DNA from: Patescibacteria group bacterium
GTDB lineage: Bacteria; Patescibacteriota; Patescibacteriia; UBA9934; GWF2-40-263
Reading direction: 5' to 3'
Assembly (NCBI GenBank): GCA_041661745.1
Contig: JBAZTR010000001.1
Span: 300,306-364,305, forward strand
DNA length: 64,000 bases
Shown: piece after piece, positions 62,600 through 64,000 of the stretch
How the letters are laid out: every line of letters begins with the position of its first letter
Numbering within the stretch: position 1 is the stretch's first letter
Notes under the pieces: model-generated
Told to the model about the DNA's origin: nothing
Databases searched by the model: none
The model's input: the letters and a program-made list of their open reading frames with translations, nothing else
Program-made: the position numbers and the translations under genes

Positions 62600-62797
62600 A
62601 TGAAGTGCAAGACCCACAAAGCGCTCTCCAAAAGAGTGCGCGTCACAAAAACCGGTAAGGTCATGAAACGCTATTGCGGTCAGGGCCATTTTAACACACG
62701 CGACCCGGGTAAAATCACCCGCAAGAAGCGTCGTGATACTGAAATGTCTCAAGCTCATCACAAAGCTTTTATTACGCTTTTGCCGTATTCAGCTTAA
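62600..62797 (+). CDS. rpmI: 50S ribosomal protein L35
   Basis: KTHKALSKRVRVTKTGK; synteny infC-rpmI-rplT. Confidence 0.92.
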   Translation: MKCKTHKALSKRVRVTKTGKVMKRYCGQGHFNTRDPGKITRKKRRDTEMSQAHHKAFITLLPYSA

Positions 62798-62809
62798 TCT
62801 ACAAATTCT

Positions 62810-63157
62810 ATGGCTCGTGTAAAACGCGGTACGCAACATGTTAAGCACCGCAAAAATCTTCTTAAAAAAACCAAAGGTTACAAATGGGGTCGCAAGTCCA
62901 AAATTAAGGTTGCCCGCATTGCCTCCATTAAAGCCGGGGCTTACGCCTACCGCGATCGTCGCGCCAACAAACGCAACTTTCGTCGTTTGTGGCAGGTGCG
63001 TATTAACGCCGCGGTTCGCCAGTACGATTTAAGCTACAGTCGCTTCATTGACTTGCTAAAAAAAGCCAACATTGAACTTGATCGCAAGATCTTGTCTCAA
63101 CTGGCCATGGAACACGAAGCGGTTTTCAAGAAACTGGTTGAAGAAGTTAAAAAATAA
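62810..63157 (+). CDS. rplT: 50S ribosomal protein L20
   Basis: [32 protein letters not shown]. Confidence 0.97.
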   Translation: MARVKRGTQHVKHRKNLLKKTKGYKWGRKSKIKVARIASIKAGAYAYRDRRANKRNFRRLWQVRINAAVRQYDLSYSRFIDLLKKANIELDRKILSQLAMEHEAVFKKLVEEVKK

Positions 63158-63198
63158 ATTACAAACCAATCAAAGAGCGCTAAGGCGCTCTTTTTGGT
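63158..63198 (+). terminator. Intrinsic terminator after rplT
   Basis: aaagagcgc-taag-gcgctcttttt. Confidence 0.75.
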
Positions 63199-63355
63199 TG
63201 ATGCTTCAACCATGAGCCACTAGAATGGTTGACAGAAACCATAGGTGGTAATATATTAACGCGCCAATCGGCTAAGCCGGTCTGACTCAAAACCCTCCTC
63301 TCCACCCCTCCCACCTGCTCCGTCCCCAGATGGAGCAACAAAGAAAGGCAGACAA

Positions 63356-63859
63356 ATGGTCAGGAACTGCAGTCTTGTCTTCGGAACATGTATTGAAGGA
63401 CAAGAATCCTTCATCACGGTCTCCTTCAGTCTTCGCGAGCCGGCTCTCCCGCCCGGTTCGGTCATGAACTGGAGGATCAATGTAATGAACGAGAGTGGCT
63501 CGGCCCTTCAAGGGCGCGGCCAAGCCAATCTGGAAGATGACGGGAGGCACTTCCAAATTGCCTTCACCCCCACGCGCCACGGTCTGGCCAATCTCGAGTT
63601 CGACATTCCCGGGTTCCTCGGAACCCAGGTGCAGAGCTTCGAGATTCAACAGGCCACTGTTCTGGAGTCCAACAACAGTGGTGCTGTGAGGAACACCGGA
63701 GAGATCGACCAGACCGACGACGACCAGTCGATGGAACGAGAAGACACCCAGCCTGTCCAGCCGCCGCAAAGCGGCACCGGTCGCATCGCCATGGTGATCC
63801 TGGCCGTCATCGTGACCGGGCTTCTTCTCATCAGCCTCATCGGGTGGCTCCTCTACTAG
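63356..63859 (+). CDS. GC-rich hypothetical protein with C-terminal TM anchor
   Basis: Promoter TTGACA(63229)-17-TATATT, weak AAAGG before ATG, beta-rich domain, tail TM, terminator 63872-63901. Confidence 0.65.
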   Translation: MVRNCSLVFGTCIEGQESFITVSFSLREPALPPGSVMNWRINVMNESGSALQGRGQANLEDDGRHFQIAFTPTRHGLANLEFDIPGFLGTQVQSFEIQQATVLESNNSGAVRNTGEIDQTDDDQSMEREDTQPVQPPQSGTGRIAMVILAVIVTGLLLISLIGWLLY

Positions 63860-63902
63860 GGATCTCACGAAGAGAATCGCGCTTGCGGTTCTCGTTTTTT
63901 TA

Positions 63903-63931
63903 TTGACAAAATTCTAAAAAAGTGATATATT
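63903..63931 (+). promoter_or_regulatory. Sigma70 promoter preceding GC-rich sequence at the window edge
   Basis: TTGACA-17bp-TATATT. Confidence 0.6.
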
Positions 63932-64000
63932 CTTGTGTCTTTCGGCCAAGCCGAACTGACTCAATTCGAACCCGGCGCGACAACCCGCGCCCTTCCAGAG

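Overview
64 kb of a bacterial chromosome that looks like Patescibacteria/CPR. Ca. Uhrbacteria-like is my inference from gene content and style, not a database result. The AT-rich backbone carries glycosylation genes (rfbB, GT2/GT4/GT-C, O-antigen-ligase-like, manC), an S-layer-like gene behind an ECF sigma/DUF5667 pair, uvrD/pcrA, mltG, a gap-pgk-eno-gpmI cluster, rpsB-tsf, smpB-tmRNA and infC-rpmI-rplT. Most backbone genes checked have no Shine-Dalgarno (SD) sequence. Scattered through it are nine GC-rich genes with a different codon style. Eight have a recognisable sigma70 promoter of their own, eight have an SD-like motif, and all end in a hairpin. No integrase or transposase is present. 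They encode four myxobacterial-style Asp/Cys-repeat lipoproteins, a probable outer-membrane beta-barrel protein (unexpected in a monoderm lineage) and four orphans. Next to the main cluster are two related long hairpins with an identical anti-SD-like loop (UCUCCUCCU on the minus strand); one has its own promoter and is a candidate sRNA. Also seen: a 165-bp-period structured tandem repeat plus a GIY-YIG nuclease at the tmRNA 3' end, a 25-codon tmRNA tag, and palindromic repeats inserted in frame in manC and uvrD. All calls are by-eye motif recognition; no searches were run.
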